Assembly (NCBI GenBank): GCA_039803205.1
Contig: JBDRYB010000013.1
Coordinates: 1-48,534, forward strand
From: a candidate division WOR-3 bacterium
GTDB lineage: Bacteria; Hydrothermota; Hydrothermia; JBDRYB01
Length of the DNA: 48,534 nucleotides
Reading direction: 5' to 3'
Positions within the stretch are counted from its first letter, which is position 1; every line of letters starts with the position of its first letter. The position numbers were made by a program, and so were the translations under genes. Below are positions 6,269 to 16,649 of the stretch, in pieces. The notes beneath the pieces were generated by a model. It was not told where the DNA came from and did not search any database. It saw nothing but the letters and a program-made list of their open reading frames with translations.

Positions 6269-9127
6269 GTGCTCATTCTGTTGATCGCTCTGGATACCCT
6301 GAGGCTTGTCTGGCCAGACACCATAGCGCACCTCAGGCCCCACTTCAAGGATAGCATAAGGATTGAACCGGAAAGCCCCTTTGGGCGATCAGGGGATACC
6401 ATCTGGGTTAGCATGAACCCGGGGGATACGGCTCTGGTTATCTACGAGCCACTTCCGTATGATTGGACGAGGCCCCGTGTCCTCTTCCCCCTTATTGAGG
6501 CCAAGCCCGAGAGCATCAGGGTTTTGGAACGAGATACCGGAGGGGGCGGCCTGGCCTTTAGTGGGGAGAAAACCATAGGAATAACATTCTCCGGGGCCGG
6601 GCCGTTTCTGGATGATGTGACGAGGCTCTCGGTCTCAGGCAGGACAGGAGGAGTGGAACTTGATGGCTACATGGAGGAGACAGGGTTTTCCGGCTCCGAG
6701 TTCACTGGCGAGCTGGAGGAGATAGACAAGGCTTACCTCACGGCATCAGGCGGCCTATACGCGATGACCCTGGGAAACCTCAGGAAGGAGCTCCTCATGG
6801 GCGGAAGCTATGGGAGCCTCAAGTTCCTCGGAGTTTCCGGGGTCGCAGGCTCATCCGAGGCATTCTGCGGATACCAGCGCGGCAATTTCACGATAAGAAC
6901 CTTCTCTGGTTCGGATGCATATCAGGGACCCTATCAGCTTACGGAGCCAGGCCAGCTCATCACCCCAAACTCTGAGAGGATATACCTGAACGGTGAGCTG
7001 CTTAAGCCTGGTCCGGATGCTGACTACATCCTTGATGTTTTCACAGGGACGCTCGTTTTTACAGCCAGAAGGCCCATAAGGGCAGAGGACCGTATCCTCT
7101 GCGAGTTCCAGGTCTCCGAGTCGGGCAAGAGCTCTTATTTCGGAGCCGGCTCTTTGACAGCGGGGTCGTGGAGGTTTGAGGGCTTCGGAACTTGGGACGA
7201 GATGGCGTTCTCAGAGGGGCTTGATTCCCTCGGAGATACATCCTGGGCCTGGGTTTCTGGAGCGAGGCATGTTGGCCCGGGCAAGGGAAGCTACACCAAA
7301 CAGGACAGCATCTATATCTATGTTGGGCCTGGAAAGGGGGACTGGGATGTTTCCTTCAGCTACATGGGCCAGGGCTTGGGGGATTACATTTACGATAACC
7401 TCCTCGGCGGATACAGGTTTGTTGGTTCTGGTTTTGGGGATTATTCTCCCCTTCTGAGGCTCTCGCCACCAGCCAGAAAGGCATACGCGGGCCTTGAATT
7501 CAGAAAGCAGAACGAGGGGTTTTCCTTTCTCGGTTTTGCAAGGGTTTCTGACCACGACAGGAACAGGTTCTCTTCCGTAGGGGACGAGGACAACCGCGGC
7601 GCGGATCTCGGTCTGGAGGCCTCTTTCTGGGGGCAAGGCCTATCAGCAGGGCTTGCTGGCGAATGGCGGGACTCCTCCTTCTCTTATCCTTTCTCGGGGC
7701 TCTCCGGAAGCGAGGATAGGATATGGGGGGTTTCTGATGGAGAGGGGATGGAGAAGCGGGGCGGATGGGGTTGGCTTGAGCTGAGACCCCTGGATTGGAT
7801 TACCCTCAGACCGGAGGCGGGGATCCTGAAGATGGCTGGGATAAGCTCTTTCCGGCGCGGTGGTAAATTCCGCGCGGGAGCGTTTAGCATCTCCCACAGC
7901 CTCGTGACCATGAGCACTGCTTCTTGGATGGCCCTCTCGGAGGCCAGGGTTTCTGGTTCAAGGGACAAGCGCTCAGCCAGCCTAGGCCTCGGCAGGGAAA
8001 CCGGGGACACCCTTAATGTCTGGCGTGCGGATGCCTCTGTCAGTTCGGAGACGAGAGGGGTTCTCTGGAGCACGAGCGGACTATGGCGGCTTGATTACAG
8101 GCGGCAGGAGAAAACCCTCTGGTTGGGCCTGGCGGGTCAGAACTGGGACGGGAGCTACATCCTGAGGAGTTGGTCCGGCGATTCCGTTTTTACGGAACAT
8201 CACCTCTCTGGCGGTCTTAACCTATCTGCCGAAACAAGGGGATTTTGGGCCAGGGGAAGGCTCTCCAGGTCAGCCAGGCACCAGACCCAGGAGAGGTTCG
8301 TTTATGTGGGGCCTGGCCAGGGGGAATGGGAGTATGATTCCTCATCCGGCAGTTTTTACCCTTATCCTGGTGGGCCTTACATCAGGCAAATAATCTACCT
8401 TGAGGCAACAGCCCCAGCGACAGAGCGCGGAGCCGAGATCGGAGCCTGGGGGCTCTTAATGGGGACAAGCGTTTCCCTGTCGGTTTCCGGGGCCGAGAGG
8501 CTTTCCGAAGCCGAGATTTACTACTCGGATTATTCGGGCAACCTCCTCATCTCAAGGACCGGTAAAGGGCTCAGGCCATTCGCTGAGCTCTATGGGTCAA
8601 GGTTCTCCGACGCCCAGGGATATGTTGTGAGAGCCATGTCTTGGGCAGGGGGCAAGACGGGCATCCGTTTCCGGGCCCACGAGCCAGGCTTTGAGGGGGC
8701 ATATGAGAACAGCATCCTAGGCGCAGGAATTGAGAGAGAGGTTGTGAGGGGCCTTATCTATTACAGAAGAGCGATCATGGTTGGGCTTGACCTCAGGGGT
8801 TCTTTTGGGCGCATGAGGGCATCCGAACCCATCTATAATCCTGGGGTAACAGCCTGGTTATGGGAGCTGGGCTTCTCCCCTCAGTGGACAGAGAGGCTCG
8901 GCAGGTTCTTCTTTAACATAAACCCTCAGCTCTTTTACAGGTGGGGAGAAAGGGATGCTCAGCTGAGTCAGGTCTTCGCTGTCTATCCTCCTGGTCTCTC
9001 ATATATCCTCTCTGCTTCCGTAAAGATGGGAGAGGGGGGTTCGCTCACCTTTTCGGGATTTCTGCGAGGGGATGAGGCTGGTTTGAGGGACAGGAGGCTC
9101 TCGGTCTACGCGAGCATAGTCTTCTAA
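6269..9127 (+). CDS. Large putative outer-membrane protein (FCB-type, with a SprA-like segment)
   Basis: SERIYLNGELL...DYILDVFTGTLVF segment; repeated (Y/F/H)VGxGxGx(Y/W) motifs; amphipathic beta strands; terminal Phe. Start probably GTG 6269. Confidence 0.55.
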   Translation: MLILLIALDTLRLVWPDTIAHLRPHFKDSIRIEPESPFGRSGDTIWVSMNPGDTALVIYEPLPYDWTRPRVLFPLIEAKPESIRVLERDTGGGGLAFSGEKTIGITFSGAGPFLDDVTRLSVSGRTGGVELDGYMEETGFSGSEFTGELEEIDKAYLTASGGLYAMTLGNLRKELLMGGSYGSLKFLGVSGVAGSSEAFCGYQRGNFTIRTFSGSDAYQGPYQLTEPGQLITPNSERIYLNGELLKPGPDADYILDVFTGTLVFTARRPIRAEDRILCEFQVSESGKSSYFGAGSLTAGSWRFEGFGTWDEMAFSEGLDSLGDTSWAWVSGARHVGPGKGSYTKQDSIYIYVGPGKGDWDVSFSYMGQGLGDYIYDNLLGGYRFVGSGFGDYSPLLRLSPPARKAYAGLEFRKQNEGFSFLGFARVSDHDRNRFSSVGDEDNRGADLGLEASFWGQGLSAGLAGEWRDSSFSYPFSGLSGSEDRIWGVSDGEGMEKRGGWGWLELRPLDWITLRPEAGILKMAGISSFRRGGKFRAGAFSISHSLVTMSTASWMALSEARVSGSRDKRSASLGLGRETGDTLNVWRADASVSSETRGVLWSTSGLWRLDYRRQEKTLWLGLAGQNWDGSYILRSWSGDSVFTEHHLSGGLNLSAETRGFWARGRLSRSARHQTQERFVYVGPGQGEWEYDSSSGSFYPYPGGPYIRQIIYLEATAPATERGAEIGAWGLLMGTSVSLSVSGAERLSEAEIYYSDYSGNLLISRTGKGLRPFAELYGSRFSDAQGYVVRAMSWAGGKTGIRFRAHEPGFEGAYENSILGAGIEREVVRGLIYYRRAIMVGLDLRGSFGRMRASEPIYNPGVTAWLWELGFSPQWTERLGRFFFNINPQLFYRWGERDAQLSQVFAVYPPGLSYILSASVKMGEGGSLTFSGFLRGDEAGLRDRRLSVYASIVF

Positions 9128-9663
9128 TCGTATCCCAGATATGTCATTATCTCGGTTATCAGCTTCACGCCCTTGTGTATTCCACACTTTTTGTAAATCC
9201 TCTTGGCTATACGGAGCTCCTCGCACGCTTCACGGTGTCTTCCCAACAAAGAGAACAACTGGCCCAGGGTGACATGAGGTTCAGGGTCATACGGGTCTAT
9301 GCGGATGACCTCCCGATACTCTCTTTCGGCTTCCGTGTATCTTCCCAATTCCAAAAGGAGGTTCGCGAGATTGAAGTGAGCGTCAGCGTAATCCGGATCC
9401 AGTCTTATGGCCTCGCGGTATTCCCTCTCAGAATCCTTGTATTTCTTGCGCTCCTTCAAGAGCTTCCCCAGATTGTAGTGATATTGAGGGTTATTAGGAT
9501 CAAGGCTCAAGGCCTTTCGGAACTCCGCCTCTGCCTCCCATAGCCTCCCGGATTCCGCTAGAAACACTCCAAGGGCGTCGTGAGCAGAAGGGTCATCCGG
9601 ATTCTCACGGATGGCCTCCCGAAGGACCTTCTCAATCTCTTCATAGGGTTCAAACCTTCCCAT
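9124..9663 (-). CDS. Tetratricopeptide repeat protein
   Basis: Four TPR-like repeats (AHDALG..., YHYNLG..., AHFNLA..., PHVTLG...). Confidence 0.9.
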   Translation of the reverse strand: MGRFEPYEEIEKVLREAIRENPDDPSAHDALGVFLAESGRLWEAEAEFRKALSLDPNNPQYHYNLGKLLKERKKYKDSEREYREAIRLDPDYADAHFNLANLLLELGRYTEAEREYREVIRIDPYDPEPHVTLGQLFSLLGRHREACEELRIAKRIYKKCGIHKGVKLITEIMTYLGYD

Positions 9664-9667
9664 ATTT

Positions 9668-11527
9668 TCAGCTCCCAGGGTTTATCCCAAACCCCTTCAT
9701 TATCTCCGCGAGCTCTTCACCCGTTATTGTCTCTCGTTCCATGAGGGTATTGGCAACCTCCTCCAGGAGCTCGCGGTGCTTTTTCAGGAGATCAAACGCG
9801 TATTCCTCCGCCTCCGAGACGATCCTCTCTATCTCTTCGTCAACTATTTCCGCGCTCTTCTCGGAGTATGCCCTGCGGGACACGAGCTCCTTGCCGAGAA
9901 AAACCCCCTCCTCAAGGCTCTCCAGGGCTACAGGACCAAGCCGATCGCTCATCCCCCACTGCGCGACCATCTTCCTGGCCAGCTCTGTAGCCTGCGCGAG
10001 GTCATCCGCGGCTCCGGTTGATGCCTCACCGTATACCACCAATTCAGCCGCTCGGCCTCCAAGCATGTATGCCAGCTTTGCCTGGAGGTAGCTCTTCGGA
10101 TAAAGGTGCCTATCCTCCTCCGGAACCTGCATCGTTACCCCGAGAGCGAGCCCGCGGGGAATCACCGAGACCTTGTGAATGGGATCAGAACCAGGGGTCA
10201 GCATGGAGACGATCGCGTGACCAGCTTCGTGAAAGGCGATGTGCTCCTTTTCCTGGGGCGAGAGGACAATTGAGCGTTTTGCGGCTCCCACCATGACCTT
10301 GTCCCTTGCTTCCTCAAAGTCCTGGGTCGTGACGCGATCCCTGCCTGCTCTCGCGGCCAGCAAAGCGGCTTCGTTGACCATGTTTGCGAGATCCGCCCCA
10401 GTGAAACCAGGTGTGCTCCTCGCGAGGTCAGTGAAGTCCACATCATCCGAGAGGGGAATCTTCCTGGCGTGAAGTCGGAGTATCTCCTCCCTTCCCCTCA
10501 CATCCGGCCTATCAAGGACAACCTGTCTGTCAAACCTCCCCGGCCTCAAAAGGGCCGTATCCAGTATGTCTGGCCTATTGGTTGCGGCCATTATAACAAC
10601 TCCCTGTGATGTATCAAACCCGTCCATCTCAACGAGGAGCTGGTTTAGGGTTTGCTCCCTTTCGTCGTGGCCGCCGCCCAGGCCAGCGCCGCGCGTCCTC
10701 CCAACCGCATCTATCTCATCAATGAAGACTATACACGGAGCGAGGCGTTTTGCCTGGTTGAACAGGTCGCGAACCCTCGCCGCGCCAACCCCAACGAATA
10801 ACTCGACGAATTCGGAACCAGATATAGAAAGAAATGGCACATCAGCCTCGCCCGCTATTGCTTTTGCCAAAAGGGTTTTTCCTGTTCCGGGAGGTCCAAC
10901 CAATAGAACCCCTTTTGGTATCCGAGCGCCCATCTTCTTGAACTTCTCCGGCCTCTTCAGGAACTCTATGACCTCGGAGAGGTCCTCCTTTGCCTCGGCC
11001 GCGTCCGCGACATCCTGAAAGGTCACGGAGGGCTTCTTGTCAATATATATCTTTGCCCTGGAGCGCCCGAACTCCAAGGCCTTGGATTCCTCACCGCCAA
11101 CCCTCCTGAAGAACATGAACCAGAACAAAAGGAGAAGGGCTATCCATGGAACCGACGAGAGCAGCAGCTCAAGCCATATCTGCCTTCCTCTGGATTTGAC
11201 ATGGACATTCTTTGAGACGAGGTATTTAGCGAGTTCCGGGTCATCAAAAGGGAGGTTGAGCTTGAATCTCTCAACTGCCTCTTGGGTCGCGCTATCACCT
11301 ATTACTGTTGGTTTGACGAAAACCCCCTCTATGTTCCTCTCCGTGAAGGTAACCTCTTTGACATTGCCAGCCTCAACCTGGGACATGAACTCGTCCATTG
11401 ATATGCTCTTAGCGCCTGTCCTCATTCCCTTTATTATGTTGAAAATCAGGAGCGCACCCCCGATGATAACTGCCCATATCATTATTGTCCTCAGGATGCC
11501 TCCGGTTTTCGGCTTCTCTCCGTCCAA
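9668..11527 (-). CDS. ftsH: ATP-dependent zinc metalloprotease FtsH
   Basis: Two TM helices, [29 protein letters not shown]. Confidence 0.98.
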   Translation of the reverse strand: MDGEKPKTGGILRTIMIWAVIIGGALLIFNIIKGMRTGAKSISMDEFMSQVEAGNVKEVTFTERNIEGVFVKPTVIGDSATQEAVERFKLNLPFDDPELAKYLVSKNVHVKSRGRQIWLELLLSSVPWIALLLLFWFMFFRRVGGEESKALEFGRSRAKIYIDKKPSVTFQDVADAAEAKEDLSEVIEFLKRPEKFKKMGARIPKGVLLVGPPGTGKTLLAKAIAGEADVPFLSISGSEFVELFVGVGAARVRDLFNQAKRLAPCIVFIDEIDAVGRTRGAGLGGGHDEREQTLNQLLVEMDGFDTSQGVVIMAATNRPDILDTALLRPGRFDRQVVLDRPDVRGREEILRLHARKIPLSDDVDFTDLARSTPGFTGADLANMVNEAALLAARAGRDRVTTQDFEEARDKVMVGAAKRSIVLSPQEKEHIAFHEAGHAIVSMLTPGSDPIHKVSVIPRGLALGVTMQVPEEDRHLYPKSYLQAKLAYMLGGRAAELVVYGEASTGAADDLAQATELARKMVAQWGMSDRLGPVALESLEEGVFLGKELVSRRAYSEKSAEIVDEEIERIVSEAEEYAFDLLKKHRELLEEVANTLMERETITGEELAEIMKGFGINPGS

Positions 11528-11528
11528 C

Positions 11529-12050
11529 TTATCCTCCTTTTGTATCCACTGATTTCACATATGGAAGGTGCCTGCCATAACCAGCATAATCAAGCCCGTA
11601 TCCGACGAGGAATTCATTGGGAACCACGAATCCAACATAATCCACCTTTACCGGGACCTCCCTTCGCTCCGCTTTATCCAGGAAAGCGCAGACAGAAAGG
11701 CTTTTTGGCTTTTTGCTTTTCAGGTATTCAATTATGCGGAAGAGGGTTCTGCCCGTGTCCACGATGTCCTCAACCACTATGACATCCCTGCCCTCTATTG
11801 AAACCGAGAGGTCCTTTGTGAGCCTCAGGACACCAGGCCTGTCAGAATCCCCATAGGAAGAAACGCCGATGAAATCTATCTCAACATCCATGTTTAAGGC
11901 CCTGCAAAGGTCTGCTATGAAAATGAAAGCGCCGTTCAGGACCCCGACGAGAACGGGATTCTTATCCTTGTAATCCCTTTCTATCTCAGATGCTATCTCT
12001 GAAACCCTCTTTGCTATCTCTTCATCAGAAATCATAAACCCAGAACTCAT
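11529..12050 (-). CDS. hpt: Hypoxanthine phosphoribosyltransferase
   Basis: VIVVEDIVDTGRT PRPP motif, VGYGLDY; conserved tilS-hpt-ftsH synteny. Confidence 0.97.
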   Translation of the reverse strand: MSSGFMISDEEIAKRVSEIASEIERDYKDKNPVLVGVLNGAFIFIADLCRALNMDVEIDFIGVSSYGDSDRPGVLRLTKDLSVSIEGRDVIVVEDIVDTGRTLFRIIEYLKSKKPKSLSVCAFLDKAERREVPVKVDYVGFVVPNEFLVGYGLDYAGYGRHLPYVKSVDTKGG

Positions 12051-13344
12051 CAGAAAGTCTCCTTATCCTCAGGGTCAATTCCTCCCTGCCCCTCATCCTC
12101 CACTTGGCGAAACCTGGTATCCAGAGGACCTGGTTCCCTTTGGCTACCAATGGGATCCTATCCCTTCTCCAAGAAGGTATTCTGAGGCCTATCATCTTAT
12201 CCTTCAAGGGCTTTTTCCCCCACCTGTCCCCCGGCCTCCTGGTCCTGAAGACGAAAGGCAGGAGAGCCTCCGGGAAGGTCTCGGAAAAGGGGCCATCCCC
12301 TGCTTTCCCCCTTATAACCTCAAGCTCAAGGTTCAGCTCCGGGACAGGATAAAACCCATCGCGCTCAACGAGGATCTCCCCGCGCCAGGCCGCAGGGTCA
12401 TCCTTGAAGAACCTGATATCCCCTTCGGAGGCCTGAGCCTTCCACCCGCCGGGGAGGTGAACTTCGCCGCCTTTCTCAAGTATAGCAACCACTTCATTTA
12501 GGTGGGCCGCTGTCAATCCAGGGACGATCTCCAGGACCATCATCTTGAAGAGAAAAGAATTATAATCCAAGAGAGCGTCCCGGTTAAAGATGTATTGACC
12601 CCTTGGGGAAGGCCTCCGTGTCCTCTCCGCGAGGAAAATCGCCTCGGTCCTAACATGATCCCATGCCTCATTTAGCGCTATCATGTGCCTTCTCAGGGCA
12701 TCGGGGGCCCAAGGAAGCCTCTCCTTTACTATGGGCAGAAGCTCGTGTCTTATCCAGTTCCTCCTGAACCTAGTGTCAAGGTTTGTCTCATCCTCGCGAA
12801 ACGGTATCCCCTTTGCACGGAGGTATTCCAGTATGGCATCCTTTTCCACAAGTATAAGAGGCCTTATTATATCCCCATCCTTTGGTGAAAGTCCCTTCAT
12901 CCCCCTGAGACCAGCACCGCGGAAGAGGTTCATCAGGTATGTTTCGAGCCAATCCGAGAGGGTGTGGCCCGTGGCTATCTTATTGAAGCCAATCCTGCTC
13001 TTTAGTTTTCGGAACAGGTCGTAGCGCGCTAGCCTTCCCGCCTCCTCAAGCCCGAGCCCCAGGTCCTTTGCGAGGGTTTTAACATCAGCCTTTTCAACTG
13101 TGATCTTCAATCCAAGAGCCCCCGCGAAATTCCTGCAGAACTCAGCATCCTCGGAGGATCCCTCCCTGAGACCATGATCCAGGTGCGCGAGGTGAAGCTC
13201 GGTTTCCGGGAAAAGGTCTCGTAGCGCGTGAACCAGGAACACGGAATCCGGGCCCCCGGAAAAACCCACTATAATCCTGTCATGGGGTTCAATGAGCCCA
13301 AACCTGTAAGAGGCTTCTGATACAAGGATAAATGGGCTTTCCAC
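12025..13344 (-). CDS. tilS: tRNA(Ile)-lysidine synthetase
   Basis: SGGPDS PP-loop, HLDHGLR, ATGHTLSD, DETN...RNWIR. Start probably GTG 13344 (TATAAT 6 nt upstream; avoids overlap with pyrF). Confidence 0.95.
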   Translation of the reverse strand: MESPFILVSEASYRFGLIEPHDRIIVGFSGGPDSVFLVHALRDLFPETELHLAHLDHGLREGSSEDAEFCRNFAGALGLKITVEKADVKTLAKDLGLGLEEAGRLARYDLFRKLKSRIGFNKIATGHTLSDWLETYLMNLFRGAGLRGMKGLSPKDGDIIRPLILVEKDAILEYLRAKGIPFREDETNLDTRFRRNWIRHELLPIVKERLPWAPDALRRHMIALNEAWDHVRTEAIFLAERTRRPSPRGQYIFNRDALLDYNSFLFKMMVLEIVPGLTAAHLNEVVAILEKGGEVHLPGGWKAQASEGDIRFFKDDPAAWRGEILVERDGFYPVPELNLELEVIRGKAGDGPFSETFPEALLPFVFRTRRPGDRWGKKPLKDKMIGLRIPSWRRDRIPLVAKGNQVLWIPGFAKWRMRGREELTLRIRRLSDEFWVYDF

Positions 13345-13426
13345 GCTTAAATTATACGGGATCATTGCCCCTTGTTGCGAACTCATTTGATCCTCTACCC
13401 GTCGCAGGATTAAAATCTCAAATAAC

Positions 13427-14113
13427 ATGAGCAACAAGCCTGTTCCAGAGTTGGTAATAGCTTTAAACACATCGGATATGAGAAAAGCCCTCGGATGGGT
13501 TGACGAGCTTTTGCCCCTTCACGACCTCTTCAAGATAGGGCTCCCCCTGTTCGTGAGACACGGGCCCGATTCGGTCAAACGCCTGAAGGACAAGGGAGCG
13601 AGAGTTTTCCTTGACCTGAAGCTGTGCGATATACCCTCGGTAGTGGCGGAAAGCGCTGGTGTCGCGGCTGAGCTCGGTGTTGAATTGCTTACAGTTCACG
13701 GGTGGGGAGGGCCTGATATGATAGCTGAGGCTCAGAGGGCTGTTGGCGGAAGGACAAAGCTCATCGTGGTGACTGTTCTCACGAGCGTGAGTCACGCTCA
13801 GCTCTCTCGCTTGGGAATGAAGTCCGATGCGGCTGTGAGGGAGCTGGCAAGCTGGGCTAGAGAGGCAGGGGCTTGGGGAATAGTGTGTTCGGGGCTTGAG
13901 GCGAGGGAAATAAAGCAAGAGTTCCCGGGGTTGGGCACCGTCATTCCGGGCATAAGGCTGGCTGGAGAGGAGACCGGGGATCAGGCCCGGGTCGCAACCC
14001 CTGAGGAGATAAGGGATGTTGCTGATTATATTGTTGTAGGAAGGCCTATAACCAACAGCCCTGATCCGAAGGCCTCGCTTGGAAGATACTTGTTAGCGCT
14101 GGGTTCTGGATAG
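13427..14113 (+). CDS. pyrF: Orotidine-5'-phosphate decarboxylase
   Basis: FLDLKLCDIP, LTVH, VTVLTS, PGIR, DQARVATP, VVGRPI. Confidence 0.95.
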   Translation: MSNKPVPELVIALNTSDMRKALGWVDELLPLHDLFKIGLPLFVRHGPDSVKRLKDKGARVFLDLKLCDIPSVVAESAGVAAELGVELLTVHGWGGPDMIAEAQRAVGGRTKLIVVTVLTSVSHAQLSRLGMKSDAAVRELASWAREAGAWGIVCSGLEAREIKQEFPGLGTVIPGIRLAGEETGDQARVATPEEIRDVADYIVVGRPITNSPDPKASLGRYLLALGSG

Positions 14114-14118
14114 GGGGA

Positions 14119-14766
14119 TTATTGTCCTCCCTTCAATTTTCTGACGAACTCCCTTTTGTCCTTGGCCCTGAAAAAGGCTGAGCCAACCGCGAGGAACTCC
14201 GCGCCCGCGGCCGCGCAAAGGGGACCGGTATTGAGGTTTATGCCACCATCAACAGCGATCACAAAATCAAGGCCCTCTTTTTCCCTCAGATCCCTTAAGG
14301 CCTCTATCTTGGGGAGCATCTCCGGAATGAATTCCTGACCAGCAAAACCCGGCTCAACCGTCATCACCATTACCATATCCACTGCCTCAAGGTGTCTCTC
14401 TATAGCGTCTATGGGGGTCTTTGGCTTGAGAACGAGACCCGTTTTTAGCCCTCTTGATTCAGCGAGAAAAAGCGCTTCCTCAACCCCCTGGGATTCAATG
14501 TGAAAGTTGATCCAGCTGGCCCCTGCTTCAGCGAACGCGGAAACAAAACAGGCAGGATGGGTGATCATCAGGTGAGCCTCTACCGGCAGCTCGGTGGACC
14601 TCGCTACTGCTGAACAGAATGCTGGGCCGAATGTTATGTTGGGAACGAAGTGCCCATCCATCACATCAAGGTGAATGAAGTCAGCGCCGGATTCCTTGCA
14701 GGTCCGAAGCTCTTCGGCTACCCGCGAGAGGTCGGCCGCGAGTATGGAAGGCGCAACGCTGATCAC
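14119..14766 (-). CDS. rpe: Ribulose-phosphate 3-epimerase
   Basis: APSILAAD, HLDVMDGHFVPNITFG, MTVEPGFAGQ, VDGGIN. Confidence 0.97.
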   Translation of the reverse strand: MISVAPSILAADLSRVAEELRTCKESGADFIHLDVMDGHFVPNITFGPAFCSAVARSTELPVEAHLMITHPACFVSAFAEAGASWINFHIESQGVEEALFLAESRGLKTGLVLKPKTPIDAIERHLEAVDMVMVMTVEPGFAGQEFIPEMLPKIEALRDLREKEGLDFVIAVDGGINLNTGPLCAAAGAEFLAVGSAFFRAKDKREFVRKLKGGQ

Positions 14767-14795
14767 GCCAAATTATATCGCAGATAACCAGGCCT

Positions 14796-15953
14796 TCACC
14801 ACCACCTGACCCTGTATTTGACCAAGGTTCTGCCCTTCCAGGTTGCTTTGCCTTTTATGGCGAAGATTATGGAGCGCACCGATATCCAGAATATCAGGGC
14901 TATAATAGCAGGGTAAAGAATGGCAAAGTAGACCGGTATTCCTGAGCGCCAGTGGGATACCCCCCAGAGCATGATGGAGAGAACGACCGCGAGGAAAGCG
15001 AGCCCAGTGGAGGAGCTGGCCGTGAAAAATCCTAGAGCGCCTCCTATGAGATGGATGATAGGGAGCCAGAAAACAATAGCAAACCAAAGGTATGTGAGGA
15101 AAAACGGGATGATTGCGTAATCAAAAGCCGCGAATATGTTCTTCGTGAAGCCCTCGTATGCTTCCAAGAAGCCCCAATACATCCTGCAGGAAACCCTCCC
15201 GGCCCCGTCAACCAGTCGCCACCTCATGCCAGCCGCCTTGATCCGTCTTCCGAGGGCCACATCATCCACAGCATGGGCCCTGATGGCCTGATGCCCCCCT
15301 ATTTTCTCATAGGCTCTCCTCCTGAAGAGCATGAACTGCCCTATTGTCAGGGAAAGGATCGGCGCCTTTAGAGCGTGGCAAAGCCCTACCGGAAGCATGG
15401 AGAAGACAGCCCAGGAAATGATGGGCACGATCATCTTCTCTCCCCATGTCCTGACCTCCTCTCTCGGGAGGGCTGTGATGAGATCCGCTTCCTCTTCCAG
15501 CATTGCACCAACAGCGTCCCTAAGAGTATAAGGATGGTGCCTCGTGTCCGCGTCCGTGAAAAGGATAAGCTCCCCCTCAGCCGCCTTTGCCAGCTGGTGA
15601 CATGCCCAATGCTTCCCTATCCATCCCTCTGGCAGCTGTTCTCCTTTGATGATCTTTAGCCTCTTGTCTCCCCGGGAAAGGCTTTGTAGAATATCCCAAG
15701 TCCCGTCCGTGGATTCATCATCCAGCACGATGACTTCGTAATCAGGGTAGTCCTGAGCCAGCAGTGAGTGAACGCACTGAGATATGTTCCTTTCCTCGTT
15801 TCTGGCAGGAACGAGTATGGATACCCTCGGGAACCGGGAGGGTTCGGGATACGATGAGAGCCTTCTCAAGGACCACATATTGGTCAAGGCGATGAAAAGC
15901 AGAGCGGCCAGAAACAGGACGATGATGGTCTCCGGGTGCCACCAGAAAGGCAT
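14796..15953 (-). CDS. GT2 glycosyltransferase (CrtQ/CruC-like, membrane anchored)
   Basis: VPARNEE, LDDESTD, GWIGKHWAC, FTDAD, GQFMLF, DDVALG; N- and C-terminal TM helices. Confidence 0.85.
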   Translation of the reverse strand: MPFWWHPETIIVLFLAALLFIALTNMWSLRRLSSYPEPSRFPRVSILVPARNEERNISQCVHSLLAQDYPDYEVIVLDDESTDGTWDILQSLSRGDKRLKIIKGEQLPEGWIGKHWACHQLAKAAEGELILFTDADTRHHPYTLRDAVGAMLEEEADLITALPREEVRTWGEKMIVPIISWAVFSMLPVGLCHALKAPILSLTIGQFMLFRRRAYEKIGGHQAIRAHAVDDVALGRRIKAAGMRWRLVDGAGRVSCRMYWGFLEAYEGFTKNIFAAFDYAIIPFFLTYLWFAIVFWLPIIHLIGGALGFFTASSSTGLAFLAVVLSIMLWGVSHWRSGIPVYFAILYPAIIALIFWISVRSIIFAIKGKATWKGRTLVKYRVRWW

Positions 15954-15968
15954 CAGGAGCGCCTCCTT

Positions 15969-16595
15969 TTAGCCATGGTGTCCTCCGAACATCCGTCTCA
16001 TGGCTTTGATTATAACAGGCCTCACCCGCAGTGGTTCCCTGAGCTCGGGCAGATGTTTCCAGGTTACCACTGCCATGTTTCCAGCCCATATGGTGAGGGT
16101 AAACGGGTCAGAATGTCTCAAAAGCAGATAAGCGAGGAAAACCAGAAACCCGATGATAACAGTCCAGGCGTTGTTCTTCTGCCAAAAGTGTATTAAGCCC
16201 ATGGAAACGCCGAGGGCCAGGGGGCCTTCAAGAAGGGCGAATCCTCCCCAGATACCGAATGTGCTCGCTATTGCCTTTCCCCCCTTAAAGCACAGGAATG
16301 GCGAGAAAGCGTGCCCCAGGACCGGCGCGAGGGCAACCAGAACCAGAGCGACCCCTGATACCCCGATCCAGAAACGGGCAAGGAAAACAGGCGCGAAGCC
16401 CTTTGAAAGGTCAAGGAGAACCGCCAGAAGACCCAAGGCAGTGCCCCCACCCGCGCGCCAGATATTGGCCGCGCCAGGATTCCTGTCCCCATAATCCCGA
16501 ATATCCTTTGAGAGAAACAATCTTCCAAGTATAACAGAAAAAGGGATCGATCCGAGGAGAAATCCCAACCCTGCCCATATGATAGCATTTATCAT
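15969..16595 (-). CDS. PlsY-family acyltransferase
   Basis: LLGSIPF, GDRNPGAAN, DLSKG, GHAFSPF...GGKAIA. Start probably ATG 16595. Confidence 0.85.
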   Translation of the reverse strand: MINAIIWAGLGFLLGSIPFSVILGRLFLSKDIRDYGDRNPGAANIWRAGGGTALGLLAVLLDLSKGFAPVFLARFWIGVSGVALVLVALAPVLGHAFSPFLCFKGGKAIASTFGIWGGFALLEGPLALGVSMGLIHFWQKNNAWTVIIGFLVFLAYLLLRHSDPFTLTIWAGNMAVVTWKHLPELREPLRVRPVIIKAMRRMFGGHHG

Positions 16596-16649
16596 CCTAG
16601 CCGTTATAGTATAAAGGCCGGGGTCAAAACCGAGCAACAAGCCGCGCTC

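Noticed and set aside
13427..14113. Inactive pyrF (ALN for ALD; DLKLCDIPSV for DLKxHDIPNT)
   Set aside because: The catalytic D-x-K-x-x-D and other motifs are retained; most likely ordinary divergence.
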